From NCBI GenBank assembly GCA_010093705.1, contig MU006101.1, positions 62,001 through 126,000 on the forward strand: DNA of 64,000 bases, written 5' to 3'. Both the position numbers and the translations under genes were made by a program. The DNA is from Patellaria atrata CBS 101060. Lineage: Eukaryota. The notes under the pieces are model-generated. The model made no database searches. It had not been told where the DNA came from and worked only from the letters and a program-made list of their open reading frames with translations. Shown here piece after piece: positions 1-12,239 of the stretch; within the stretch, counting starts at the first letter, position 1; each line of letters begins with the position of its first letter.

Positions 1-1799
1 GTCGGTGAAACGAAAAAGGTTCGAGACGTAGATTTGGCGATGGCCAGACGTGGAATTCGAGTTGAGAGAGTCGCTGCGTAAATAGAGGAAAAGAAAATCG
101 TAACACGTGGAGAAGTTGTCGCAGTTGCCTAGGACAATTAGAAGTTGACAGTAGGCTTCCGCAAACTCAGTGAGACACAGGTAACAGTCTCAATGAGTTT
201 AGCAGATGGTTCGACTGGAAGACGAAACTGCTTTGAAGATGACTCTCGAGGTTTAACCAATGATCAATCGGTGCATCAAAGGCTTTCTCTTGGAGATTGA
301 AGACGCGAAGTAGGCGGTTTAACGGTGATCGTACTTGATAGGCAGCTCAAAGCATTGATGAATATCAAGGTGGATGATGCGATGAAGATAGAAGTAGAAC
401 CGTTGCTTTGTTGTCTAGATGTCCTTGACTCCTTGGGTTATGTGACCTCACATCAAAGCGATGACGACGCAAGGGGGTCCAAGCTTCGATGGCGTGAGGA
501 TGATGTTGATTGCAAGGAGACAGATTCAGCAGACAAACGGGAGATGGAAGAAGGTGAGGAGATGTTGTGGACAAGGGGAGGCGGAGCTGGTGGAGAAGTA
601 GTTGTTTCGTTTGTTGATGTGTTGTTGTTTTGAATGGCTCGTCGAAGCAGGCAGGCACGGAGAGAAGGGTTGCGTAGGTAACGAAGGAATGCGAATCGGA
701 GAGTATGTGTTCGAATGAGGAAGGAATGTGTGCTTGCTTGCTAAAGACGGCGAACAACTAACAAAGTGGTGCCAGCGAGGACAAGATTAGGACATAATAG
801 AAGAGAAAGTGAAGTGGATGGTGGTTGTGATTAAAGCAAAGTTGGGATGAATGGCGGCGGTGTAGGAAAGAGTGAAAGAGTCTAGAGGGGGGGATGGGAA
901 GGGGATCGAGTAATAGTAAGGTTTGAGTTGTCCGACCCACCCGGGAAGCGTCGACTTACTCAGTCGAAACTGGTGGAATCATCGGTTGCCCGGGGCCAAG
1001 TGCTAAGGTCAAGGAAGGGAAAGGGCGACTGGGCAACACAACCGTGATCAAGCACGACAAACCTGGGCGACAGCGTAGAATTAGCAGGAGCAACCTGCAT
1101 CAAGTGCCCACCAAGCCTACCGTACCTAACGTACCTTTTAACGGCGCTAACCAAAGCGAGACATGGATGACAAGGGTCGAGAAGGGGAGAGTTGACGAAC
1201 AAGTAACGATTTCAGCAAATCAACGGCCAGCTGCAGCACGTCTTTGACAAACCATTCCCGAAGCCTTTGAATCCTGATACGGTTAAATCGAAGGCAAGCT
1301 CTTTGTTGAGTGCGACATGAGGCGTTTATTGGCCAGGACTCGACTGCAATCGCCAGCTTTTTTGGCGGGCGCCTCTTGCTGCATGTCTGGCAAGTCTGCA
1401 ACTAAAAATGCACCTACGTGAACCCCCCGTGGCTTCCCTTCTTGTTGATGTCTTCCCACATCTCAAGAAAGAGACAAATCTCGCCACAACCCTCAACTGA
1501 ACATCGTATCACGCTAATCCCGATATGCGACGATCCACTGCTTCATTTAGAATAAGGTCCAAGGAAGCAGGCAACCCGTGCCTTGTTACTGCAGGAGCAC
1601 CTGGAGCTTACTTTATCACGCGCTCGAACCTGGCTCAAAGCCACCAATCCCCAAGAATCAAACGTGGCCTGAAAAGGTACCAGAGAGAACAACTTGGAAA
1701 GCACTCGTGTGTTCACAGTAAGGTACAAGTACACTTTACTCACCTGTGACCCCCTGAGACCCCCTGAGTTGGTGATGATGAGCGCCGTGAAGCATTTCT

Positions 1800-3340
1800 T
1801 CATGTCACTCGGGACTTTTGAGGAATTGCAATTATTGCCGTGAACCGGAGCATGATACCGTCACAAGGTTCAAAAATGACAGAATTACTTTTAAAATCTC
1901 GAAAGCTCATACGCTCAGCTACTTGGTACAACATCATATCTTCCGTAAAGAGTTGTCCTCGTGCTTTTGTGTGACGAGCAAGTTCGGTGCCCCTTTCATG
2001 CAATCGAGCGCCTTTTCCTTACATCTATTCTCTATATCCCTTAATACCCCGCCTTTTCGAGATGTGCAGAAAGGTTCCTGAAACGTTGTTGTCCGTCAGA
2101 ATTCCTTAAGGAAGCTGTTGCTGTTCCGTAAACCTCAACGCTTGTAGTTCCTGAAACGCTGCCCTTGCTTCATCCAAATATCTAACAGTGGGGCACTGTG
2201 AGGTATACCTACTTGTAAACTGTCCTAAGGTACTATACAAGTCTATAGTAGGAAGCGTGGGGATGTCCGGCTGAGGAAGTGAGGAAGATCCCAAAGAAAA
2301 GGTTCAACAGGTAATTTCAGGCTATCTGCATGTTAAAACAACAGGGCATTCTCACATACTGTACGGTACCTTGAGAGACTTGAGCGATCCTCAACCTCGT
2401 CCTTTGACCTCTCTACCTATCATCACTCGTGCCAGCACACCACAACAGCCCCCCATTCTGACGACAGCTTTTAAGCATAGCACAAGCCTGTTGCACGGCC
2501 AACGCTCCTCCCCAGCAAGAGCGTTTACTCTGCATTTTATTGGCCTGAGGCAGAGACAAACCCGTTTCGGTTCACCCTCTAGACCAATCTATCTCATTTC
2601 AGACAAGAGGGCACCACTGCAAAGCTGCAACTTTCCTTCGTCCACGTTACGCGACATTTCGACATGTCGATCCGCCAACACCTCGAATATATTCGCCACT
2701 CCTTATAGGTCTCCTTCGAGCTTGGAGATTTACTTATGGCAGCAGTACTCCGTATATCTAAATTCAAAGGAATAATAGTCACGGTATCTTCGAAAGAGTA
2801 GGGATCTTGATACAGGTAACCGTCGATGGCGAAACTGTCGATTTCATGCTCTGACGCCTTCAGCGCTTGGTCTTCCTCTGGGTCAATGAAACACCATCTC
2901 AAGCGGGAACGGATAACTAGTCTAATCTGAGGGTACCGTCTTTGCGGGGAAGCGAAGCTTGAGAAGTCGTCGCCATGAGTCGTGTCTTTCCTATTAAGAG
3001 TCGATTTGAAGCACTATTAAACTCACCGATAGTCAAAGATGATGCTCGATTGGGTAATTTAATATAGTCGAAATGAAACAATGTCGGTGTAGATACACCA
3101 GCTATCTATACTACCGTGAGAGTATTGAGATAAGTCCCTCAGAATCTCAGGTTGTGTTTAGGGGTTTCGGCAGCTTGATTGCCAACACGACAAAGCCTCC
3201 AAGTTTCTGCACGCCAACCATCTACTTTGCATTAATTCGAACGCTTATGCAAACTAAGGTTCGGGATCGAGTCCAGAGAATTCTCTGCATACCTAAAGGG
3301 AGCCAAAAGGACCCATCTTGCCCTTCAGTCCCTTCTTGCC
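1800..3340 (-). pseudogene. Possible decayed protein-coding relic(s), family unknown
   Basis: ORFs 2106..2294 and 1800..2003 share one minus frame, separated by TAA/TAG stops. ORF 2594..2902 extends upstream (RHDSWRRLLKLRFPQRRYPQIRLVIRSRLRWCF) to intron-like signals (GTGAGT..TAATAG ~2991-3026; GTATGC..GTAG ~3222-3292). The putative upstream exons contain stops. Confidence 0.3.
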
Positions 3341-3647
3341 ATCGGCGTATCGGTGGATTTTGGAGGGGGACTACTGCAGGTCAGAGCGGATAGAGTGATA
3401 GAGCTTCAGAAACATTCTTCCTCTTTTGTAGCGGTGAAGAAACATTTTTGACGAATCACAGAAGAGTAAATGAACAGAATGTAAACATGTATCTCAAGAG
3501 AGAAAAAAAAAAAAAAAAATCAGAAATTCACTCGATCCTCGGACTATAGAGATGGCTTTGGGTATGCACCTCGCCTCCTCTTGTCTGTCAGAATCTTATG
3601 ACAGAGCATATCGTATAATACCAGGACCATTCCCTTCGAGTATGTAC

Positions 3648-3712
3648 AGTACAGTACTTTAAAAAATACTGTGCTGTCCGTGAAGGGTTGTCCGTAGATC
3701 CACCTTACGGAC
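3648..3712. repeat. Two adjacent short inverted repeats
   Basis: CAGTACAGTA-10nt-TACTGTGCTG followed by TGTCCGT(G)AAGG...CCTTACGGACA. Confidence 0.6.
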
Positions 3713-4092
3713 ACTGAGCTGGAGGAAAAATGGAATATAATGGAGCATTAGATTAAAAAAGAAACATGTACAGTACGCGGTATGGAGACGCGTCAAGGTC
3801 TTGAGATCCACATCTACGTGAAATCAGTTGTTCAGAAATTGCCACGCTTTCAAAACATCGACCTGGAGCTTCTCGACATCTTGCATCTTGCAGCTGCGAG
3901 TCTTCCGTACTTGCCTTAACTTTGCAGTTTCCCGTTTAGTAGAGCACTCCACCACCACTTCCTTCATTATTACCAGTATCTTGACTCGGCAACTTTTAGA
4001 ACGCACCCCGGCTCGATATCAGTAAGGTATCAGATTTTTTTTTTTCAATTTTTTTTTTTCAAAGCACACCGCTTCCTCAACAAATCTTGAAG

Positions 4093-6031
4093 ATGGACTT
4101 GACAAAGGTGAAAGCAATTGTGTTGGACATTGGTGAGTGAAAAGATGTTGCCACCTCTCTATCTCTTCCGATGTCTAAAAGTTTGCTTCATGTCGTGTGT
4201 CTGCGAGTTGCGCGCTTTCGGAGAAAAATAAGATGTATCCAGCACGATGGCTGCTGGTCTAGAATAATGGGATGTCCGCAGTGCTGGACTGCATACTTGA
4301 CGGAAAACCTTTCCTGGCTTCCTCTAGCTCTCTCCCAACTCCCAAGCTGGTCTCCTGCTCACCTTTACCCCGGAATTCGCACGCCTCCCGAATGTGCGCA
4401 TGATCTATGATCTTGTTTTTGCTTGATGACATTCGAATCGGAGACTGACTTAAACTGACTTAAACTAACTTCAACTGCAAGAGGGCACCATCTGCCCTAT
4501 TAGCTTCGTAAAGGATACGCTGGTAAGCGCTGTCTACTGACATCTATTGGTCTTCTCGTCACATCCTTCTCTTTATTCTCCTTGATCTCTTCTATATGCT
4601 TCTATCCGTCGGCAGTCATCACAGGTTTCTTCATTTGTCAAAATCCGTCAAGTCTCATGATCTTCCCAGTTTCCGTACGCTCTCGAAGCACTCCCCAAAC
4701 TTCTATCCGAGAAATGGGACGATCCAGAGTTCAAAAAGTACCGGGAGGACTTCCCCGATGAGGCCAAAGTATCTCCGGAAGCTTTCCAAGCACACGTGCA
4801 AGATATCACAAAGAAAGACATCAAAGTCGCTTATCTCAAAAATTTACAAGGTACAACTGTCCTTCGTGTTTTCCTGCGTCACCGCACGATTTCAGTAGTC
4901 TCGTATTGTCTCCCTTTCAGCCAAAACTGAATCGATATCCCAAGCGTTTGCCCCTCATCCCATGTTCACACCACCCCCTTGCTACGTCCTCCTCCCCCCA
5001 ATCGTCTGGGCCCTAATACTCGCCGTCAATACCTAACCCTAACCCTATTTCCAGGCCATCTCTTCCGCACAGGGTACGAGACCTCCGCATTTTCAACTCC
5101 ACTCTTCCCAGATGTGATCCCGGCCTTGAAGACTTGGTCTGCTCACAAAGACCTCGCCATCTTCTCGTCCGGTTCCGTCGATGCGCAGAAGCTCTTCCTC
5201 GCGTATGTCGCCGAGGACGTGGTCACCGATGGTGCGTCCACCAAGCCGGCTCCTGGCTCGAAGACCGTTGACCTAAATGGTCTTTTTGATGGACGGCTAT
5301 TTGACACTGTTAATGCCGGTAGTAAGGTCGAGAGGGAGAGCTATGTCAAGATTGCGAAGGCGCTGAAAAGGAAGGAGGAGGAGGTTCTATTCTTGAGTGA
5401 TAATGTGAATGGTAAGTGATCTCGTCTGGACTACAGATTTTGAATCGACCTCATGACTATGTTCACTTCGTTCTCTTACCCTTCTCTGACTTGTCCCACA
5501 CTCTCCTCGTCGATACCTCGTTCTGATAACTCTTTTCAACTGTACCTCTCTCCTGAATCCAACTCACTCCTTCTTTCACGTATCTTTCATATTCGATACC
5601 TACTTCCTTTCAACTATTGCTATATTTTATCAATATATTCAATCCACCGTTATACTTTCCTCAAATCATTGTTTCGCGCGTATCACCATTCTCCCTTTAT
5701 ACACTTTCCTAACTCTCCTCAATTCCCTCTAACCCACAACCTCATCCCTCCCGTCTCCCCTTGTAGCGGCCCTCCTTTTCTTCCACCCAGCCCCTCTTCC
5801 TTCACCTCATACCCCATCCTCCTCCTCTTCCCATCCCATCCGCTCCCTTCTCCATCCAGACTAATACCGCGAGCAGAGGTACGAGCCGCCCTCCACGCCG
5901 GCCTCGACGCCGCGGTCGTCAACAGACCCGGCAACGCGCCCCTCAGCATGGAAGACGAGAATGACCTCCTCGTCATCGAGTCCCTCGACGAAATCAAGCA
6001 CATCGCTGAGTTGGAAGGCGCGGAGTTGTAA
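4093..6031 (+). CDS. utr4: Enolase-phosphatase E1 (methionine salvage, HAD family), 5 exons
   Basis: Exons 4093-4132, 4482-4522, 4670-4850, 5055-5411 and 5877-6031 splice to MDLTKVKAIVLDIEGTICPISFVKDTLFPYA..LKNLQG..IFSSGSVDAQKLF..FDT..FLSDNVNEVRAA..RPGNAPL, the hallmark ENOPH1/Utr4 motifs. Confidence 0.95.
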
Positions 6032-6381
6032 GTGGGAGGGAGCTGGCCTTCCTTTCGGACCGAGTGGATATGACATGTTGACAAATGTTTGATGTATCCG
6101 CCTTAGCTTACCTTATCTATAGATCTCAGCAGAAGGAAATAATCATACGGAAGAGATGGATGGTTGATGATGAATATAATCCCCCTTAACTTTTACTAAA
6201 AGGATGTCTTTTAATGATGATGATGATGATGATGCAAATGACCCAATCCCTATCTACCAACTCCCATCCCTCTACCCATAGTAACTCGAATAACATCTCA
6301 TGTCGGTGAAACCGACGCCATATGCACGCACGCACGCACTCCGACAACACCACATCTCCCACCTCCCCTGCCATCTCCTCC

Positions 6382-8928
6382 CTACCCAACATCCACCTCC
6401 ATCGCCTCTCCCCCCCCCCCATCAACACTCCCATCCCCCAACCCCCCGCTCAAACACCCAGGACAAGAATGGATAGTCTCATGACAGCAAACATCGCAAT
6501 CAACGCAAAAATGGCTTCCACAATCACCACACTCGTAGCGCCCACTCTCGCTCACCCTGACCAGATCCGCAGGCCGCCATCCCATCCCCGCCTCGTCGTC
6601 TTTAGTCCAAGCTCTATCCCTTCGATTCCGCGGTGCTCTACTCCCATTCACATTCCCATTCCCATTCCCATCTGTCCCCGCCCCCGTTCCCGTCCCCATC
6701 CCCGTCCCCGTCCCCGTCCCGGCCGGCACATCCGGAAACGCCCCCAAACACGCCCTACAAGCACGCGAGCCCACCTCCGCGGCGCGAGGCCAGGAAACCG
6801 GGACCCAGTTCTTGAGCGGGAAGAGGTGGTGATAGCTCCGCGCGAGATGCGTGCTAAGTATGAGTGTAAAATCGCATCCGGGACACGTGGCCGGCAGCGC
6901 GCAGACTTTGGTCCTGCACTGTGGACACGTATACCCTGCGCGGGTGAGGTTACCGTGGCAGGCGCAGAGGGAGGGGTGGGGGGAGGTGGTGCGGGAGGGG
7001 AAGCCGATTTTGAGGAGTGACGCGGGGGTCGCTGTGTTGTTGTTTGTGGAGGTGGTGTTTGTATTGGGGGAGACGGTGGAGGCGGTTCGCACGACAGGCG
7101 GAGTCGTGGTCGCCATGAGGAGTTCGCGGAAATGCTGCTGGTCGAGCGCGACGCTGTAGGAGCTGTCGTCGCCGGCGTTGGTCTTGGCGCAGATCTCGTG
7201 GCAGATCTTCAGCCGGCCGGACATGCCGATTATGCCGACTGAGAGGCGGTCTTTGGCGCATTGGCGGATCGTGGTGTGGATGTCGCCGGGGTCTAGGGTC
7301 AGGAGTGCGCCGAGGACTATGATGACTTCTCTCGTTCCGTGGTTGGGTGTGTGCCATAGCGCGGCTCTGCTCATTTCGAGCGCGTTCTGGAGGCTTGCAT
7401 TTCCTTTTGGCTCGCGGGGGAGGAGGTTAGGGGGTCTGCCGTGCCGAACGAGCTGGAGTGCGGAGACATGTTCGGCGGGGTTACCGCTGAGTTCGGAGAT
7501 GCGCACGCAGAGCCCGTCGTGCATGCCCATGATGCTCATTTGGGAGATGGGGTTCTGCTCGAAGAACTCGCGGACATACTCGGCGGCGTAGCGGAGCGTG
7601 ATGAGGTAGCGCGAGGGGCGCATGTCTTTTTCCATCATGGCTTCGGAGAGGTCGAGTATTAGAATTACGTGGCGGATTATGCCACGTTGGAAAGGTCGGG
7701 TGTCCTGTCGGAGTCTGAGAGTCATGTTAGTAACTGTATAGTGGATGTTTGATATATCGCTTTCCGATTATAGATTTTCTGCGTGAGAATGGTGGGGATC
7801 CAGGGTAGGCCTTCTGAGAATTACTTGGTTGCAAACTACCTTTCGTTTCCAGAGAAGTACAGCCAGTGACCTAGTTGAACCAAGGGGGAGGTTTTCATAG
7901 TGGTGTTTTGATTGATCCTATGAAGGCCTTCTTCTTGAGAGAGATCTTCTTCCTGGGAAGATTCAGTATCGAAATCATCTCCCGCAGTTTTTATCGTATC
8001 TTCTGCGTCTTCACATAGGTCGCAAATACAGTCAAGGATTGTTGTAGACTCGCCATGTGGACAATCAGGATCCCCTTCACACTCACAAATGACAAAGGGG
8101 TTACACACCAGGCATAAGCGTGGAGTGGACGGTATCCGGCGCGTCAACCGATGCCCTAAGACGTATTCTTTCTGTGGTATCTCTCCTTGAAAGGGCTGAA
8201 ATATCGAACAATATTCTGTATCCTCCGCCATAATTTGTTCGCTCGCAATCTTGATAATCGGAATGCTTTTCGCCGTAACAAACAATTAAGAGGTTACGTT
8301 TTAGGCACATACACGCAGTGAAGGACGTCTTGAGCGCGAAGCATACAACAACGGGATAGTAGTATCTGAAGAAAGTACACCAGGCGTGTAACAACCTTCC
8401 AGAGATGACGATCGGAATAGAGGTCCAGATCCAGATTCGGCAGACGCGGGCAGTGAACAATATCCTGAAAATTACGCGCCCAATAGCTTTGCGGTGAAAG
8501 CAAGCAAATGTACACCCAGCATAAAACAACCGTCTAGTCGTAAAAAGCGTCCAGATCCAGATCCATCCAGTTGACTTGTCAAACACTAATAGGCCCTTTA
8601 CCCCCCAAAAAAAACACAAATAGAGTAAGAAACCTCAGAACACCTACCTCATCCTCTTCCTCCTCTCCGCCTCCCTCTCAACATCCCCATCAATCCTCCC
8701 ATCCGCCCCTTCCTTCAAAACCCCATAGCTCTTCCCCCTCTGCGCCGTCGTCTCCCACGCCTCCCTAGCCCTCCTAGGCTGTCTATCCCTCGCTCTCGCC
8801 TTGCCCTTCGAGCGCGAGGAGAGCGCGCTGGTCGTTGGCATTTCTTCCTCGTCGTCGAGGTCGATGGCGAGGTCGTGCTCGTCATCGTCGTGCTCGTCTT
8901 GGATGTATTCGCCGTCCGAGTCGGCCAT
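6382..8928 (-). CDS. ssl1: TFIIH subunit Ssl1/p44 (vWA domain + C4 zinc finger + C-terminal RING-like domain), 2 exons
   Basis: Exon 1 8928-8648 (MADSDGEY..AWE..RKRMR), intron 8647-7715, exon 2 7714-6382 (QDTRPFQRGIIRH..LDLSEAMMEKDMRP, FFEQNPISQ, SLQNALE, DPGDIH, CACH, CPQC..CPGC..HLARSYHHLFPL, FCVDCDVCCHETIHSCPGC). Confidence 0.95.
7836..8566 (-). pseudogene. Nested coding-like sequence inside the ssl1 intron: duplicated unit with in-frame TAG, plus a 131-aa Cys-rich/acidic ORF
   Basis: Frame from ATG 8566 to 8294 with one TAG (8536-8534). Separate ORF from ATG 8231 to 7836 (CLVC..CECE..DCPH..DCICDLC followed by a D/E-rich tail). Confidence 0.4.
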
Positions 8929-9547
8929 TTTGACAGGATCGAAATAGGAAGTTTAAGGAGAGCAGGCGGGAGGTTTGAGAGGCGGGTGGAGAGGGCATCG
9001 GGTGTGAGTAGGTGGCGGCCGATATCGAGGCGACGACTCGTGGTCAAAATCCTGTCATTGGGATATGGACCAAAGTTAATTGGTCGAAGTTTGTGTAATG
9101 TGGTAGCAAATCTAAATGGTAGGAAAGAAAAAGAAAGTAGATAGAATTCCCCACAACGAATGTGGTCTAAGGTACAAAAGATGGGTGTGGGCCAGAGTTC
9201 ATCCTCAGGCAGAAGTTCAAAATGCTCGATATGTGCGCAGTGATGAGGTTCGAGACGAGAGCTCTAAATATCGACACGTGAGAACGTCAAAAGGAGCTTA
9301 GGTCATTGGTATATGGTCAAGTATATTGTTCATGAATTATGATTAGGGCAATCATATAGATAGAATATTGTAATTATTTACATGTGTATTTCATTATCTA
9401 TTTATCAATACTAATGCTATCTGCAATTTGCCTACACATATATGCAGAACTTTTACATAGACACCCATGTCAAATCATGAAGCCATTAAGGTATTGCTTA
9501 GCCGCCCTGAAAACAAAAATCCCGCTCAAACCCACAAGTAATAGTGA

Positions 9548-10842
9548 TTATGTATATGTGCTACCCGGTGGCGGCATCGGCCAGTCGTCCTCCGTTATGC
9601 TCGACCAGAACACCCATATCATGTATACAGCTAACATGGTGAAGAATGTTTCGAACATACCACCGTTGATTTTACCATCGGTTGCCTCGCAGATATGTAC
9701 GCTGATAACGTACTGGAAGATCTGACCAATTGCGAAGAGAAGCGCTGCTGCGGCAAGGTAAACTGGAACGCATTAGTAGCTGTACAGGTATTATTTGAGG
9801 TCGAAAAGACTTAACTCATTGGCTTTCGTTCCCCAAGAATCCGAACAACGAGGAAGGCTTCGAGGATGAAAAATACAAACAATAGAACCAGAGGAAGTAG
9901 CTGGTACAAGGTATACAGGGAGTAAGACCGATTAGACCCTTTAAGCGTATCATCCCAGTACCCAGTCCAACTAAACCCAGTATCTAGCGCAATGTATCCG
10001 GTACCAACAAACAGTATCAGGGATGAGAAAAGCAAAAGGCCTATGGATAGTGGTGTGCCGTCGTCTAGCAATTGATATCCAACAATACCATTGAGCATCA
10101 GAATCCATAGGGTCGCAACTACCGCGGCGATGTGAACAGCACTGAATGCCTGCAATGTGTGAGCGTAGTACGCGATGGAAATATTATTAGTCAAAAGTGT
10201 GACCTACTCTCCGTATACCTCCACTCAAAGGAAACCCGCCCACTGTGAAAATCTCACAAATTGAGATTATTATATAGCCTAAAAGAAATAACTGCATCTC
10301 CCTGTGGAAGAATTGTTAGCGGGAGTTGTCATTGACATTGCCTGACGGCCTGAAACTCACCTTCTTCCTACAGCTGCTTTTTTCCTTTCTGACCTCCATA
10401 GCAAAAACAAGGACATAAGAATTCCCGCTCCGCAGAAGAGAATTGAGCCTATCCCGGTATAAGTAAAGGGTTTATTGTTTTATTTGTTTCTTTGTCACCC
10501 ACCCAAGTTCCTTAGGCGCGAATCATCGCTGATGCGTATTCCTGTTAGATCGCATCCTCCAAAACTGTTGTCGGCTGGTCCTCTTGCCGACGACTGGGGG
10601 AAAAGCTATATCAAAGGTCTTAGTTTCGAAGTGAACGCGAAAGACTTAACGGGAGGTAAAATGGGTAGGTTTAACGTACGTTGCACACTGCGAAAGGGGT
10701 CGAAATTAGCAAGGGAGATCCAACTTGAGAGGAAGAATGTCGCAAAGTCGCGAGGAGATAGAGACGACTCACCAGGAATTGTAGCTCCTTGATCCCCAGA
10801 ATCACGACAAAAGTCATGAAAGTTGCCGTATGCGGTCGGCAT
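9548..10842 (-). CDS. chs7: Chitin synthase export chaperone Chs7, multi-exon with an 8-nt micro-exon
   Basis: MPTAYGNFHDFCRDS..PVCNLF..AAVGRREMQLFL..WILMLNGIVGYQLLDDGTPLS..YIALDTG..LGERKPM..DGGMFETFF..WSSITEDDWP. Micro-exon at 10687-10680. Confidence 0.93.
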
Positions 10843-12239
10843 GGCAGATTATAGATATCTCCAAACCGCTTTTTCAACCGATCGCGCGACTCTCCCAATC
10901 GATACGAGATCCTCCAGATAGGGTTCCACGATGGTTGTATGCCAGTAATGGAATATTTTCGTAGTGAGATGGTATTGATGGCGTTGGTGATGGGGATTAT
11001 GGATATATTCGGTGATGCGCTGGCAGATGGTAAATGTTGGCTGGTAAAGTGGTAAACAGTTGGAGCCCTCGGTGGTTCGAAGGCTCAAGGCCACCTTTTC
11101 TGGTGTAGAATGGTGACAGGGCAGGGGGTAGGTTGAGGATACGCTAGGGCTGCAAAGAGGTTGTCGGTACAAGGATAACCCGCGGTTGCAGCACCTCGGT
11201 TGCCCTTTTGGTTGGTCAGAACGAGAGAACAAACAGGGAACTTTTCAGGAAATTTGAAAAGAATTACGGAGCATAAGACTTGCTAACTACACAGTCCAAG
11301 TCTACAACACACAAACCACGCTTATCAAAACTAATCTGCACATTGTGCATCATCATGAACCTATGATCAAGTAAATACTGCTGAAACGTTGCTTTTATGA
11401 TCGTATGAATCTTCCATCTTGATACCGTAAGGCAGAAGTGATATAAGACAGACTGGAGCCATATATCTCAATGCACGATACAAATCATACAAGGGCCGCA
11501 GATTATGCTCCTACAGGTAAATTACGATTGCTTCAATAGCCAATCCGGGTTCGAGTAGCAATTCCTTACTTCGCGCGATCCCTTACGCTTTTCTTACGCT
11601 TCCTTACAGGCGGGTAAGCTAATAAAAGCAAATCTCATCAGCCCAAAGTGGTCTAGACTCGTGTTTCATCTTCCCAGCTCACCTTATGCGTAACATCTAC
11701 ATCCGATGTCAGAACTCACTACCATATCCGTCATCTTCATGCTTCGTCATACACTGATGAGATTTGTTTCACGCTCTGTAACCAAGCAGTGGTGCTCTTG
11801 AACTGGATGAGATCATATGAGATCTATGTAGACCTTTATAACTTAGCATGACCCTATCTACTTTTCCACGAAATATCTTCACTGTACAGGGTGTTGTTGC
11901 AGTCCTGCCGTACTGGGAACTATCGCGAAAAGTTTCCTGCATGTTCCTGCGGATATACTTATTTTACATCTAGCATATAGGACGCAAGATCCCCAATTGT
12001 TCTAACAGTATTAGAGCTCATAGTAGTGTTATAGGACGTAGAAGCGTATTAAGGTAAATGGCGTTTCTTATCAGTCTCAGGAAACTTGGTAGTGCTAATA
12101 TGATAGACTAAAGTAGAGATCGTAACATGGGATAAAAAAAAGTATCATAAGCAATGAAGCAACAATAAAAAAACGAAATCAGCCCGAGACTAAGTCAAAT
12201 ATCAAAAATAAAAAGTGCAAAAATACATAATAGTGCATC

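Noticed and set aside
1..940. ORFs 325..633, 365..757 and 758..940
   Set aside because: No recognisable domain. The pyrimidine-rich minus strand with splice-like sites looks like the leader of a gene beyond the left edge.
5453..5876. 192-aa ORF in frame with the last utr4 exon
   Set aside because: The upstream part is a C/T-rich intron in which stops are rare by composition.
6322..7662. Antisense and alternate-frame ORFs over ssl1
   Set aside because: Shadow ORFs of a GC-rich CDS.
8101..8619. 172-aa ORF with WIWIW repeats
   Set aside because: No ATG start. The substitution pattern favours the other frame of the duplication.
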